Assembly (NCBI GenBank): GCA_014905635.1
Contig: JABVCE010000019.1
Span: 372,001-436,000 of the forward strand
Reading direction: 5' to 3'
Origin: Scenedesmus sp. PABB004
Taxonomy: Eukaryota
Length of the DNA: 64,000 bases
The notes beneath the pieces were generated by a model, which was given only the letters and a program-made list of their open reading frames with translations, did not search any database and was not told the DNA's origin. Positions within the stretch are counted from its first letter, which is position 1. Every line of letters starts with the position of its first letter. The position numbers were made by a program, and so were the translations under genes. This document shows positions 25,747 through 38,754 of the stretch, piece after piece.

Positions 25747-26183
25747 GCCGCCTCCCGGCGCTGCTGCTGCGCCTGCGACGGCCCCGGCGGTCGCGGCGAG
25801 GTGGGGTTGCCGATGTGGGCGTCCTGGGGTGCGCACGGGCAGCGGAAAATCCGGCCCTGGGGAGCTGGCCCGGCGGCCGCCCGCTCTGCTGCCGCTGCTG
25901 CCGCGCGTTGCCCACCGCTGAGCCTCCCCGCCGCGCACACAAGCGTGAACGCACGCCGTCTGCACCGCCCGATCGAGAGCCGCGCCGGCCGCTGCAGGGC
26001 GCCGAGCAGCACAGCCTCCCGCGCGCAGCAGCAGCCCGTTGCCCGCGCCCGCGCGCCAGGTGATTGAGGGCGCGCCTAAGGCGCCCCCCACCGCGGGTGC
26101 AGCGGCGGCCGAGCAGCGCGGGGGCCGTGGCCGCGCGGCCCTGTGGACGATCATTGCTGCCCCCCGCCCGCCCGCAGACAGCC
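25747..26183. promoter_or_regulatory. Short divergent (probably bidirectional) promoter/5'UTR region between IleRS and mTERF
   Basis: Head-to-head start codons about 440 bp apart; no specific motif identified. Confidence 0.5.
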
Positions 26184-28315
26184 ATGGCCACCGCGCTCGC
26201 CCAGCAGCGCCTGGGCAGCGCCAGCGCCCGGGACGCGCGCAGCGGCGGCCGGGCGGCGAGCGCGCCGCGCGTCGCGAGCGCGAGGTGCGGGCGGCGCCGC
26301 CGCCGCTGCTGCTGCTGCCGCTGCTGCCGCGCGCGCGCCCCGTGCTGGCTGGCGCCCGGCGGCCTGGTGCTCCGCCAGCGCCGGCGCCGCCAGCAGCCAG
26401 CAGCCAGCGGCTGCGGTAGCAGCAGCAATTGACCGCCAGCGCCGGCGGCGGCGGCGGTGGCAGCGAGGCCGGCGGGCGCTCTCTTGGTCGCGGCGGCGGC
26501 TGCACGCGCCGCCCGCCGCCCGACGCCCCGCGCCCCGCGCCCCGCGCCCCCGCGCCCCGCGCCCGCGCGCGCGCAGGCCGTGCCGCGCGCAGCGCCTCGT
26601 CGCCGGCGCCGCCGCGACCGACGCGCCGGGCGGCGCAGAGATGAAGACGGTCGTGCAGAAGATCACGCCGGGCGAGGTGGGGCTCGGGGCTCAGGGCTCG
26701 GGGCTCAGGGCTTGGAGGGGGCCGCGAGGCACCGGGGCGGCTCGGGGAGCAGCGTGGCGCGCCGGCGCGCAGCGGGCTTGGCCAGGCTGCCGCAGCGCGG
26801 CGCTGCGGTCGCGCAGGCTCGGCCGCCGAGCAACCCCCGCGCTGACCCCTGCTGCCTGGCCCCCGCGCTGTGCGGCCGCCGCCGCCGCTGCCTGGCCCCC
26901 CGTGCCCCGTGCCAGGTGCCGTTCCCGTGGAGCGAGAAGGATCCCTACCGCCTGCCGGTGTCGATCGAGCGCGTGCAGAAGATGCTCGTCATGCTCGGTG
27001 CGCAGAGCGGGGGCGGCGGCGCGGGGCGGCGCGGGTCCGCACGCCGAGCGCCCCAGGGCTGCTGCGGTGGCGCGGGGCAGCGCCGCGCCCCCGCGCCCAC
27101 GCCTGCTGCTCCCCGCTGCTCCCCGCTGCCGCCCTGCTCCCCGCCGCCGCCGCCGCCCGCCACTGTCACCCCAGGCTGGGAGAAGCCGTGGGTGGAGCAG
27201 ATCGTTGACCGGGTGATGAAGGGCATGCTCAAGACGACCGAGGAGCGCTGCAAGGGCGTGGTGAGGGCGCAGCAGGGTTTAAACAGGGGCCCAGGGTTCA
27301 GCGGGGGCGGCGCGGGGCGGGCGCGGGGGCGCAGCGCGGGCTGCTGCCGCGGCGGCGCGGGGCGGGCGGGTGCAGCGGCGCGGGCTGCTGCGGCGCGGCG
27401 GCGGCGCCGCCGCGAGCGAGCGAGGCGCGCGTCCGCCGTGGCTCAGCAGCGCTGGCGCCGCCGCTCCCGCCGCCTGGCAGATTGACTACCTGTCGAGCAT
27501 CGGGCTGCGGCAGGACGAGATCTGCAACATGGCCTCGATCAGGTGCGGTGTGGGTGTGGGTGGGTGGGCGGATGAGCGGGCGTCGGGTGTCTGGCGGAGG
27601 ACCCAGCGAGCAGGGCGCGTGCGCCCCGCGCCTGCCGCGCCTCCGCGCCGTGAGCCCACGCCGCCGCCGCCGCCGCCGCCTGGCCGCCGCCGCGCCGCCG
27701 CCGCCGCCCCGGTCAGCGTGGTGCTGCTGGGGCTCAACCCCGAGACGCGGCTCGCACCGGTGGTGGCCTACTGCGAGGCGCGCGGCGTGCCGCGCGGCAG
27801 CGTGGCCGACCTGGTGCTGCGCCACCCGCGCATCTTCGAGTACAAGGTGTGTTACGTTGTAAGATTTTGATGTTAATATGTTGCTGCTGCTTCTCTGCGT
27901 GGGCGCCGCGCGTCCTCGCGCCGCAGCGCCGCGGCGCGTCCCCGCCGCCCGCGCGGCCGGCGCCACGCGGGACGGCCCGCGCCGCCGCCGCCGCCGCCGC
28001 CGCCGCGCCCCGTAAACCCTGAAACCCCCAGGTGTCGCCGGAGGGCAAGTTCCTGGTCAAGGGCGCGGCGCGCATCCAGGTGGGCGCCCCGCGCGGGCCT
28101 GGGCGTGGGCCCCGCGCCGCTCCGGGCCCGGCGTGCGAGCGCGCTGCACCCCGCACTCCCACCGCACTCCACCGCCTTGGAACGCCTGCCGCCGCGCCGC
28201 GCAGGTCGACGCGGTGCCGCTGCCGGACGGCAGCGCCGCGACGGCGGTCAACTACTTCCGCGAGAACACCAGCTTCCTGGGCAGCCCCGTCAGCCCCATG
28301 CCGCCCTCGGCCTGA
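26184..28315 (+). CDS. mTERF-family protein, probably organelle-targeted
   Basis: Ala/Arg/Ser-rich transit-like N-terminus MATALAQQRLGS. mTERF-like repeats IDYLSSIGLRQDEICNMASI|SVVLLGLNPETRLAPVVAYCEARGVPRGSVADLVLRHPRIFEY. Stop TGA at 28313-28315. Confidence 0.75.
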
Positions 28316-28657
28316 CCGGCCAGCAGCTCGACGAGCCACCAGGCTCCTGGTGTTTCCTGGGCAGCCCCATGCCGCCCGCGTCCTGACGAGCCACCATTGG
28401 ATGCGCGGCGGTGGCGTGTCGGCGCCGGGGGCGTGCGCGCGGCAGACGGGCGCGCCGCGCGGCTGCTCGGGGGAGCGGCGGCGCGGCTGGGCGCAGCCGC
28501 GCCGCCTGTGAAACACGCGCGCTCGGTGGGCCGTCGCCGCTGGACGCTGTCGAGTGCGTCGGGCGCGTGCTGCTGCCGCCGGGGAACGAGCGGCCGCGCC
28601 GCGTCGTCACCGGCGCCGTCGCCGCCGCGCCGGTCGCAGTCAGCCCCTCTCTCTCTC

Positions 28658-30009
28658 TCAGCCGCACCCCCCTCCCTCGGTCGCCCCCGCGCGCTCGTCG
28701 TAGTCCTGCAGCTGCCCCCAGCTGGCCCCCACGGACAGCTTGACCTGCGGCAGCGGCGGCCCGCGGGACGTGTCGGCGCCGCCGCGCGCGGTGCCGGCAG
28801 GCGGGCGGCGCGCGCCGCTGCGCGCGCGGCCGGCGCGCGCGCGGGGGGGCGCTTGTCGCGCACCGGCAGTCGCGCGCGCAGGCGCCAGTCGTCGGCCGCG
28901 CCCTCCATCGCGGCGCGGACCGCGGCCGCGACCGCGGGCAGGCGGCCGGCCCGGACCTCAAACAGCAGCTCATCGTGCACCTGGCGCGCAGCACAGGGAG
29001 GGCAGAGCGGGCGCGCGCTCGCCCTCTCTGCACGGCCCAGCCCAGCGTCGCGGACCAGGCGGGGCAGGCCCCCGGCCGCCCCAAAGAGGGCAGCGCTGGC
29101 TCGGGCCCCATAACCAAAGCCACGCCCCGCACCTGCAGCACGAGCCGGCAGTGGTGGGCCAGCCCGGCGTGGGCGAGGCGCCGCCCGACCGCCAGCATGG
29201 CCCCCTTGACCACGTCTGCCGCGCTGCCCTGCACCGTGGTATTGACCGCCTGGGGCAGGCGACCGGCGGGCGGGCACGCGGGCGGGTGGGCGGTGTGGGC
29301 GGCGCGAGTGCAGCGCAGCGCGCTGGGCACGCGCGCGGCCACGCCCGACGCGCGCGCACCCGGCGCTGCGCCTGCGCCTGGTCCGCGTCGCCGCCGCCAA
29401 AGCCGTCGGGCGCGCTGCCGCGGATCGCAGGCAGCAGGCGGCGCCGCCCCGCGAGCGTGGCCACCCAACAGCCGTCGGTCGCCGCGCAGCGCGACACCAC
29501 CTCCTGCGGCGGCGGCGGCGGCGCACGGCGGGTGGTCCGCTGCGCACGCACGGGCGCGCGCGCCGGCGCGGGCGGCGCGCCCCGTCGCAGCGCGGCCGCC
29601 GCCAGCCGCGCGGCCGGCGCACCCGCGTCCAGGCGTCCAGCGCGGGGTGGCTCTCCCGGAAGTCCGCCGCCAGTGCCACCGCCTCGCGCACGGGCACGCC
29701 CAGGTCGGCCGCGAGCGCGGCCGGCCCCATGCCATACAACAGCGCGTAGGCCAGCCGCTTCACCTGGCCACGCTGCGTCGGCGTCACCTGCGCAGCAGCG
29801 GCGGCGGCGGCGGCGGCCGGTCGCGGGGCTCAGCCGACCGGCGGCCCGCGCGGCGGCCGCGGCGAGCGGCGGGCGCCGCGCCGCGCCGCGCCTGCTCGGG
29901 CGGCAGCTTGTGCCACTGCGCCGCGAGCGCGACAAACGGGTCGCGCCCGCGCAGCGCGGCGAGCAGCTGGGGTCGCATGAGAAGTGGGCCATCAACCGCA
30001 GCTCAACCT

Positions 30010-30046
<37 letters not shown>

Positions 30047-33000
30047 GGGCGGCGGGCGCGCGGCTCTCAGGCGGGCGTGGGGCGGCACCGGCGTGCGCGT
30101 GGAGGGCGCGGAGGAGTGCCCGCCACGGGCCGCATTCCCCCCGGGCTGGAGCCCTGGGCCTGTGCCACGGGGCGGTGCAACAAACACCCACAAACGCCAG
30201 CGGCCAGCCGCCCCCCACCTGGGCATAGTCTGCCGCGAGCAGCACCCAGCCCGGCGGCGCGACAAACGCGGCGCGCAGGTTGGCGACCATCGCCCGCTCC
30301 GCGTCCTCAAACGGCGTCGCCACGGGCGCGCCGCCCGGCTCGGCGGCGCCGCCCGGGTCGGCGGCGCGCGCCGCCGCCTCGGCCGCCGCCGCCTGGCTGG
30401 CCGCCGAGACCGCCAGCGTGTAGTCCACGGGCCGGGGGATGGTCTGCGGCGGCGGGCGGCAGTATGACGCAGCGGCGGTGGGCGTGCTAGCAGTGTGTGT
30501 GAGGGCGCACACGCGCCGGCGCGGCCCAGCAGGCTCAACCCTCGGCCCCCGGCAGGCGGCGCACACGCCTGCAGCGGCGGGTCGTCCATGGCCAGGCGGC
30601 CGGTGGCGGTGCCCGTCTGGCTGAAGGTGCCGCGCAGCCGCACCACTCCCGCCGCCGCCTCCGCCGCGGCGTCGCACGCGTCGCACGGCTCGCCGCCCTC
30701 TCCGGCGGCGCAGCAGCCGCACCCGGCGCACTGGCTGCCGACGCACGCGCACGCGGCCCCCGCGCCGCCGCCGCCGCCGGCGCCGCGCGGCAGCAGCAGC
30801 GCCGAGGCGGGCGCGGGCGCCTCGCCGCGCGCGGCCGCGCGCGCCGCCGCGGCCTGCAGCGCCGCGGCGGTGGCTGTGAGGGACTTGACGAAGCCATCAA
30901 GCAGCTTGGTGAGCTTGCGGTGCTGGAGGATGATGCCCGGCAGCGGGTGCTGCGACTCGAGCGCGCGCAGGACCTCGGCGCTGGTCGACACCTGGCCCGA
31001 CCTGCGCCGTGCGGCGCGGCGCGGCGCGGCGGCGGTGGCGGGGCGTCGGCGGCGGCGGCGGCGGCGCGCGGCGCCGGCGCTGGTTCGAGCCCCCACAGCG
31101 CCACCGCGGGCTGCGCGCGCGCCGCCGCCGCCGGCCGGCGCCGCACCGCGTGGTGCCGCGGCCGCCCGCCCCCGGCGGGGTGAGCTTGAGCCGGCCGAAC
31201 AGCGCCTCGCGCAGCGCGGCGGGCGACGCAAAGTTGAGCGGCGCGCCGCCGTTGTGCGCCGCGGCGGCGGCCTCGAGCTGGCGCAGCCGCTTGAGCATCG
31301 CCGGCCGGCCCGCCGCGAGCGCGGCGGGGCTGAGCGAGACGCCACGCGCCTCCATGGCGGCAAGCACCGCCGCCAGTGGCACCTCCAGCCCCATCAGCGC
31401 GGGCAGCGCGCCGGCGGCCTGCGGCGCGCGGACGCGGCGGCGGGCGCGGCAGCGTCGGGTCGCGGCGCGCGGACGCGACGGTGCGCGGCTCAGGAGGCGC
31501 TCGGGCCGGCTGCGCCGCGGGCCCACCTGCAGCTTGGGCAGCAGCGCCTGGTGCAGCTGCAGCGCCGCCGCCGCGCGCCGGCAGGCGGCGAGGTGCGCCG
31601 GCGCGGCCGCGCCGCCCAGCCCCAGCCCCAGCAGGCCGCCGCCGGGGGTGAGGCTCAACCCCAGCCCGTCCGGCCCCCAGCCGCCGCCCTGGCTGCCGCT
31701 CAGCCCGCCGTCTAGGCCAGCCAGCGCCGCCGCCGCGCCGCCGCCGCCGCAGTGCTTGCGCAGCAGGGCCTCCAGCCCCCGGCTCAGCGCGCCCTCGGGG
31801 TCCTCGTCCGCCGCGCCGCCGGCGGCGGCGCCGCCGCTGCGGGGCCGCGGCGCGCGGGCGGGCCGGCGCCAAGGCGCAGTCAGGGCGGGCCCCCGCGTCT
31901 CGTCCCCCCGCGCGCAGCGCCCCGTCCCCCAGCGCGCAGCGCCCCGCCGCAGCGCCCCCGCCGGCACGCCCGCGCAGCCTCACCGCGGCTTGGCCGGCCG
32001 GTCCTCATCGTGGAGGGTCTTGTCATCAGGGTTAAGGATCCAGGCCGCAAGCCGCAGGTCGAGCAGCGGCGGCGCCGGCACAAAGCCGGCGAGGCCGGAC
32101 GCCGGCGGCGGGGCGGCGAGGTCGGCCAGCTGGCCCTTCAGACCAAACGTCACGCGCAGCGGCCCCGGCCCCAGCCAGCGCGCGGCGGCGGCGACGGCGT
32201 CGGCGGCGGCGGCGGCGTCCTGCGGCTCCTCTGCCGCCGCCGCGGCGGCCGCGGCTGCGACGTCGGCGACGCTCGGCTCGCACGCGCCGCCGCCGGGCTC
32301 GCCGCCGCCGCCGGGCTCGCCGCCGCCGGGCTCGCACGCGCCGCCTCCGGGCTCGCCGCCGCCGCCGCCGCGCCGCGCGCCGAACGCCTCCGCCAGCGCC
32401 GCCCAGAGCTGCTGCAGGCGCACGCTGCTGCCGAATCGCTGCGCGCCGCCGCCGGCGCCGGGCGCGCCGGGCGGCGCGGCGCGGGTCGTGCGAGTGAGCG
32501 GGACGTACCACGCGCTCCCGGGCGCGGCGCTGAACGCGACGCCGACCACGCGCCAGCGCCACGCGGCGGGCCCGCCGCCGTGACCGCCGCCGCCGCCGCG
32601 TCCGCCGCCGCCGTCGCCGCCGCCGAGCGCGCCGAGCAGAAAGTCGGCGTCGTCGTCGTCGTCGGCCGCGAGGCCCGCGAGGAAGCGGCGCTGCTCGTAG
32701 CAGAGCGACCAGCCCCACGCCGGCGCGGCCGCGAGCGCCGCGACGAGGCGCCGCGCGGCGCGTGTGGTCTTCACCAGCGTCACGCCCGGCGCCGCCGCAG
32801 CGGCGCGCCGGGGCCGGCCGGCGGCGGGGCCGGCGGGGTCGGCGGGCGCCGCGGGCGCAGCGGGCGCGGAACCGTCGTCCCACACGTCCCCCGGCTCGCG
32901 GCGCGGCTGCAGGCTCTGCGGCAGCTTGCGCCGCCGCGCCGCCGAGCGCCAGCCGCCGCCGTCGCCGTCGCCAGCGCCTGCTGCGGCGGCGGCGCCGTCC

Positions 33001-34447
33001 GCGCGCTCCGCGGCGGCCGCGCCCTCTGGCCCCGGCGACCCCTTGGCGCGCTTGCGCGGCGGCCCGCCGCCGTCGCCGCCGGCGTCGTCGTCGCCGCCGC
33101 CGCTCGCGCCGGGCGCGGGCGCGGGCGGGACCCCGCGCGCCGGCGCGCACTGGCTGTGGCCCTGGCTCTGGTGCTGTGCGGCGCACAGCAGGGCCTGCAG
33201 CGCGGCGAGGTCGCGCTCCACGTCAAAGGCCAGCGTCTTGTAAAACGCGCGGTCGTGCCGGCGGGCGCGGCCCTGCTGCTCGCCGCCCGGCGGTCGCGCG
33301 CGCTGCTGCTGCTGCTCCTGCTGCTGCCCCTGCTGCTGCTGCTGCTGCCGCTGCTCCTGCTGCGCCGCCGCCTGTTGCGCCGCCGCCGCCTGCTGCCGCT
33401 GCTCCTGCTGCGCCGCCGCCGCCTGCGCGGCGGCCGCGCCGGCCGCGGCGGCCGCCGCCTCGCGCGCCAGCGCGTCGCCGTCGCCGCGCAGCGCGGCGTT
33501 GTCTGACAGCAGCTGCGCGATGCGGCGCTCAAGCTGGGCAGTCTCCTCGTCGTCCGGCCGCTGCACCGCCGCCGGCGGCTGCACCGCCGCCGGCTGCTGC
33601 GCCGCTGACTGCTGCGGCAGCTGCTGCGCCGCGCGCGCCCGCCGCTCGGGCGTGCACTGCACGCTCGCGGCGCTGCTGCGCTCCGCGGCGGCGCCAGGGC
33701 CGCCGCAGCGCTCCGCGGCGCCGCTGCCGCCGTATGGCACGGCCGCCTGCGCCAGGCGCGCCGCGAGCGCGTGCAGCTGCGCCCGCTGCGCCGCCAGCTG
33801 CGCGAGCAGCGCGCCGCGGTCCGCCGCCGCCGACGCGAGCTGGCGCTCCAGCTGCGCCGCCTGGGTGCGCAGCGCGCCCGCCGCCGCCGCGCCGCCGCCG
33901 CCGCTGCCGCTGTCGCCGCCGCCGCCGCCGCCGGCGCCGGCGCCGGCGGCCAGCTGCCGCCTGAGCGCGTCCGCCGCGCCGCGCTCGCGGCACAGGCAGC
34001 GTGTCACCTCCGCCAGCTCCGCCTGCCCCGCGCGCCGCGCGCGCCGCCGCGCCGCCAGCTCCGCCTCGAGCTCCGCCGCGCGCGCCGCCAGGCCGGCAGC
34101 GCCGCCGCGCTCGTCCGCCAGCGCGGAGCGCGCCGCGGCGGCCTCCCCGGCGCGCGCGCCGTGCGCCGCCTGCAGCGCCGTCAGCCGGCTCTCCGCCAGC
34201 ACCGCCCGCTGGCGAAGCTCGGCGTGTTGCGCGGCGCTGAGGGCGGGCGCAGCGGGCGCAGCGGGCGCAGCAGCAGCGGCGGGCGGCGTCGGTGGCGTGG
34301 GCGGCGGGGGCGGCTGCCGGCGAAGGGGTCGCAGTCACTGCTCCCTGCTCACCTGGCCTCTGCAGCGGCCGCCAGGCCGCGCGCATGCACCAGCAGCAGC
34401 GCCGCCGGGTCCGCGGCGCCGCTGCCGGGCGGCGCGTACGGCTCCAT
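28658..34447 (-). CDS. Family A DNA polymerase (Pol nu/Pol theta polymerase-domain-like) with an N-terminal coiled coil; apparent 1-nt frameshift near 29970
   Basis: QTGTATGRLAMDDPPLQ|TIPR; motif A LLAADYAQ|VELRLMAHFS; motif B QRGQVKRLAYALLYGMG; QAVNTTVQGSAADVVK; motif C LVLQ|VHDELLFEV; C-terminus VKLSVGASWG; degenerate exonuclease-like LLDLRLAAWILNPD. Proposed ATG at 34447, stop at 28658. Confidence 0.9.
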
Positions 34448-35046
34448 GCCGCCCGCCGCGCCGTCAGCCGTGAATCACCACATCCCCGCACGGCGCGACC
34501 CAGGGGCGTTCACGGGCGCGGCGTGCGCCTCACGCGGTCGGGCGCATCTCGCGAGCCCGCTGCTGCTGTTCAGGAGCCGCGCAGGGCGGCTGCCGAGGCC
34601 GTGAGGCCCGCACAATGCGCGTGGGTCGCTGGGCGTGGCGCGGCAGGCCCGGGGCGCAGAGAGCTGGAACCGCCGCGCGCTGCGCGTGCTGCCCGCTGCC
34701 GCAGGCGCGCGCGCTGCCAACGCGCGGTTCGGGCGCGGCTCGATTTACCGCTGGCGGCGCGGCGGCGCCGCCAGCGGCAACCTCAGTTCAGTGCGTTGGC
34801 GCGCGGCGGGCCACAGTGCAGGCGTGCTCCCCCCAAGCCCCGTCGCAGCGGCTGCGCCGCAGCCCCGGACCGGCGCGCCGCCGCAGCTGGCCGCGCCTTT
34901 CCGCCCCTTCCCCGTCCCCGCGCCGCGCCGCCGCCCGTCGCTGGCGCCGCCCCGGGCGCCCGTTCGCCCCAGCGCGGCGCCCTGGCGCGCTGCGCACCCG
35001 GCCGACGCGCCGCGCGCCCGGCCGGCGCAGCGCGGCGCTCACGCGC

Positions 35047-38000
35047 TCACGCGCCGTCCTCGGCGATGGCGCCGCCGCCGGCCACGGCGGCGGGGCGCGC
35101 GCCGTAGCGCGTGAGCGGCACGCGCAGGATGGGCTCCCCCGGCGCCGGCGGCTGCGTGGCCTTGTCCAGCAACACCTGCGCGGCGCGCGGCGCGCGGGGC
35201 AGCGTGGGCGGGGCGCCGGAGCGGGAAAGCGGGCGGTAGGCGACTCCCAAACACCGGGCTCGTGCCCTGCGCCCCTGAACCCTGCAGCCCTGGGCCCCTA
35301 GTACCCCACCTGCAGCTCCGCGTCGCGCTCCTTGTTGCGGAAGCCGCCCCCCGCCACGCGCGCGTCGATCGCCCGCTGGTCCTCCTGCAGCTGCGCCAGC
35401 GCCTGTGTGTCGCGCGCGGTGTGAGGGGGCGGGGCGAGGGCGTGTGTTGGGTGGTGTGGGCGGCGCGCGCGCGCAGGCGGCGGCAGCGTAGTGGCGGGCG
35501 GGGCCGGCGGCAGCGCAGCACGCCGCGCCGCCGCCGCCACCACGGCGAGCGCGCCGCGCTCCTGCTCCGAGCCACCTACCCTTCTCTCGGGCCGCAGGCC
35601 GCACCCACCCACACCCACCCACACACACCCACCCACACCCACCCACACACCCACACCCACCACACACCACCCACACACCCACCCACACACACCCACCCAC
35701 ACCCACACCCACCCACACCCACACCCACCCACCCGCCCACCCACAGCCGCCCACCTGCTCGTACTTCTGCGGCAGCGGGCGGCTGAACCAGGGGTGGCGC
35801 ACGATGCCGTCGATGGTGATGCGGCTGTCCTGGTTGACCTCAAACATCTTGTCCAGCAGGTCCCTGGGGCGGGCCAGGGTTTTGGGGGCACGCGGGGTTT
35901 TGCGGGGTGTGAGGGCGCCAGGGTTTAGGAGGGTCGAGGAGGGTCGAGGAGGGCGTCGCGCGCGGCGGGCGCCGGGCAGCACGCGGGGTCGCAGGAGGGA
36001 GCAGCGCGGCGCGCGGCGCGCAGGTCGCTCGCGCGGGGAGCACAGCGCCGGCGCGCGCCTGCAGTCGCGGCTGAGCCGCCCCACGGCGCTGTTGTTGTGC
36101 GGGTGCTCCTGCCAGCTGGTGCGGATCTGCTGGATCCAGATGCTGTACAGCCCTGGAGGTTTGGAGAAGGGGCAGGCGTTCAGGACCAGGGTTTTGGGGG
36201 TGAGGTGAGGGCGTGGGGGGCTCGGCCGCAGCCCGTCGTGCCCGCGCTGCCGCGCACTCGCCCTAAGCCCCTGACAAGCCTAAACCCTCAAACCCCTAAG
36301 CCCCCGGGGCCGCACCCGCGGTGTTGACGTAGTTTTCGTCCTCCATCTCAAACGGAAACATGCCGAGCAGCATCACAAACAGCAGCACGCCGCTCGCCCA
36401 CACGTCGACCTTCTTGCCGTCGTAGCCGGCGCTGCGGCGGGGCGGCGCGGGTGCGGGCGGGCGGGCGTGTGAGGGGGTGCGTGGGTCGGCGTGGGCGTGG
36501 GCGGGTGGGTGCGGTGAAGATGAAAAGATGAAAAGAAGACACGGGGCGGGGCCAGCGGCGAGCCCCCACCGCGCCCCCCTAACCCCGCCCGGGGCCACCC
36601 CTACCCCCAACCCTAAACCCCCCGCCCGCCCGCAGCCCGCGCACCGCCCGGAGATGAGCTCGGGGCCCATGTACTCGGGCGTGCCGATGCGCATCGTGTC
36701 CATGTTGCTGTTGGCGCTCCAGGCCTTGGCGAAGCCAAAGTCGCAGAGCTTGAGGCGCGGCGGGTCGCGGTGGTCGAGGATGGTGTTGTCGAGCTTCAGG
36801 TCGCTGCGCAGGGTTAAGCAGGGGGGCGCGCGAGGGCGGGGTTGAGCGGGGGTCCAGGGAGCGGCGGAGAGGGTGTGGAGGGGAGAGTGAGGGGCGGCGC
36901 AGCGCGGCAGTGCGCACCGGTGCGCGACGTGGTTTTTGTGGCAGAACTGCGCGCGGCGGGCGGGCAGGCGGGCGGGCGCCATGAGCGGCCAGCAGGCGCC
37001 CCCACCCTGTCGCGCGCTCAAACCCCATCACACTAAACCCCCATCAACCCCCCTAAACCCCTGCACCTGCACCGCGAGGATGAGCTGGCGAAAGAAGTAG
37101 TTTGCCTCGTCCTCGCCGAGGCACAGCCCGCCGCGGCTCTCGCGCGTCTCGCGGCGCTTCGTCACGTACGCGACCATGTTGCCGCCTGGTTGGGGGGGGG
37201 GGGGGGGGGGGTTAGGGGGGGGGGGGGTGGGGGTCAGGGTTTGGGGGTGTAGGGGTCGGGGAGTTTTGAGACGGGAGCGCGTGGGCGGGCGGCGCGCCCG
37301 CCCCGCCCCGCCCCGCCGCGCGCGACGCCCGCCCCGCGCGCAGCATTGGCAGCGAGCTGGCTGCCGGGCAGACGAGGCGGTCCTGGCCATTGTCTTGCCG
37401 CCAGCCAGCACGCTGCCAATGCTGAGCGCGGCGGCGCCGCCACCGCCAGCACCGCCCGCGCCGCGCGCGCACCGCGCCCGTGCCGCGCCCGCCGCGCCCC
37501 GGCCTCGCACGCGGCAGAGCGCTCCGCCCGCCGCGCCCGCCTCGCACGCGGCCGGGCGCCGCGCGGCGCCGCGCCCCTGCGCTTGAGCCCCGGCCACCCA
37601 CGGGCGGGCCCTAAACCCCAGCCGGCCACGGTCACGCACCCGCGACGTACTCCATGACCAGACCCACGTGGCTGTGGCTCAGCACGACCTCGTCCGCGTG
37701 CACGATGTTGAGGTGCCCGTCGCCCAGGTCGGCCAGAATCTTGATCTCACGCTGCGGGGCGGAATTTGATTGAGCGTGTGGGTGCGGGAGGGTGGGGAGG
37801 GCGGGGTGTGGGTGGGCGAGGAGGAGGGAGGCAGCGGGCGCTGCTGCTGCTGCAGCTGCGGCGCCAGCTGCTGCGCCCGCTGCTGCGAGCCCCAGCGCTG
37901 CGCTGCGCCCACTGCTGCAGCTGCTGCAGCTGTTGCGCCGCTGCGGCTGCGCGCACTTCCGGCCCCGCGCGCTGCCGCCGCGCGCCGCCGCCGCCGCCGC

Positions 38001-38412
38001 TGCTGCCGCCGCGCGCGGCGGCTCGCGCCCGCTGCTGCGCACGCCCGCTGCAGCCCCTCCTCTGCTCCCAATGCTGCCCACGAGCACGCGCCCCCATGTA
38101 CGCGCGCAGGCAGGCAGGCGAGCAGGCAGGCGCAGGCACCTGGATGATCTGGGTGATGCTTCGGGGGATGGGGCGGCGCACGAGCTTGATCGCCACCTCG
38201 GCCCGCGTGGCGGTGTCGATGCAGAGCCACGTCTCGCCCTCGCCGCCGGTGCCGAGCAGGCGCACCACCTCAAACGCGCCGCCCAGGCCAAAGTCGGGCG
38301 GGCGGTTGGGCTCGTGGGGCGTCTTGGCGCCCTTGCGCGGCTCCGCGAGCGCGGCGCGGCCGGACGCGCCGCCGCCGCCCGCGTCGGCCGGCGAGGAGCA
38401 GCAGGCGCCCAT
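35047..38412 (-). CDS. Ser/Thr protein kinase, SnRK2-like, with N-terminal acylation motif MGACCS
   Basis: LGTGGEG, VAIK, HR|DLKLDNTILD, LKLCDFGFAK, IGTPEYMGPE, YDGKKVDVWASGVLLFVMLLGMFPF, DLLDKMFEVNQDSRITIDGIVRHPWF. Confidence 0.9.
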
Positions 38413-38754
38413 CCTGGCGCGCTGGCGCCGGCGGGCTGCTCAGGGGAGGGAGGAGCGCGAGAAGGCTGCTCAGGCGGCCATGGACGGGGCCTCCAGGCGG
38501 GTGGGCGGGGGTTGCTGCTGCAGCAGATGGCAGCGAGGGCGGAAGCGCGCGCGCGGGACCAGGCGGCGGGAGGGCGGGCTCTGGGACGAGTACGCGGTCG
38601 AGTCGCGGGGCCCGGAGGCGCGGGAGGGCTCGGGGCGGATTGCGGGGTTTTTTAGGCACCTCGCGCGCTTGTCACGCTCCCAACGCTTGCCCCGGCGCGC
38701 CCATCACGCCCAACCACGCCAAACCCGCACCACTCCGGCGCCTGCTGCCCTCGC

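Noticed and set aside
32270..32370. GGGEP/GGGACEP tandem repeat as a mobile insertion
   Set aside because: It is an in-frame, low-complexity coding repeat inside a polymerase exon.
37192..37227. Long G/C homopolymers (also ~5059, ~16766, ~17902, ~41269) as functional G-quadruplex elements
   Set aside because: They are intronic, their lengths are unreliable in assemblies, and nothing beyond composition supports a function.
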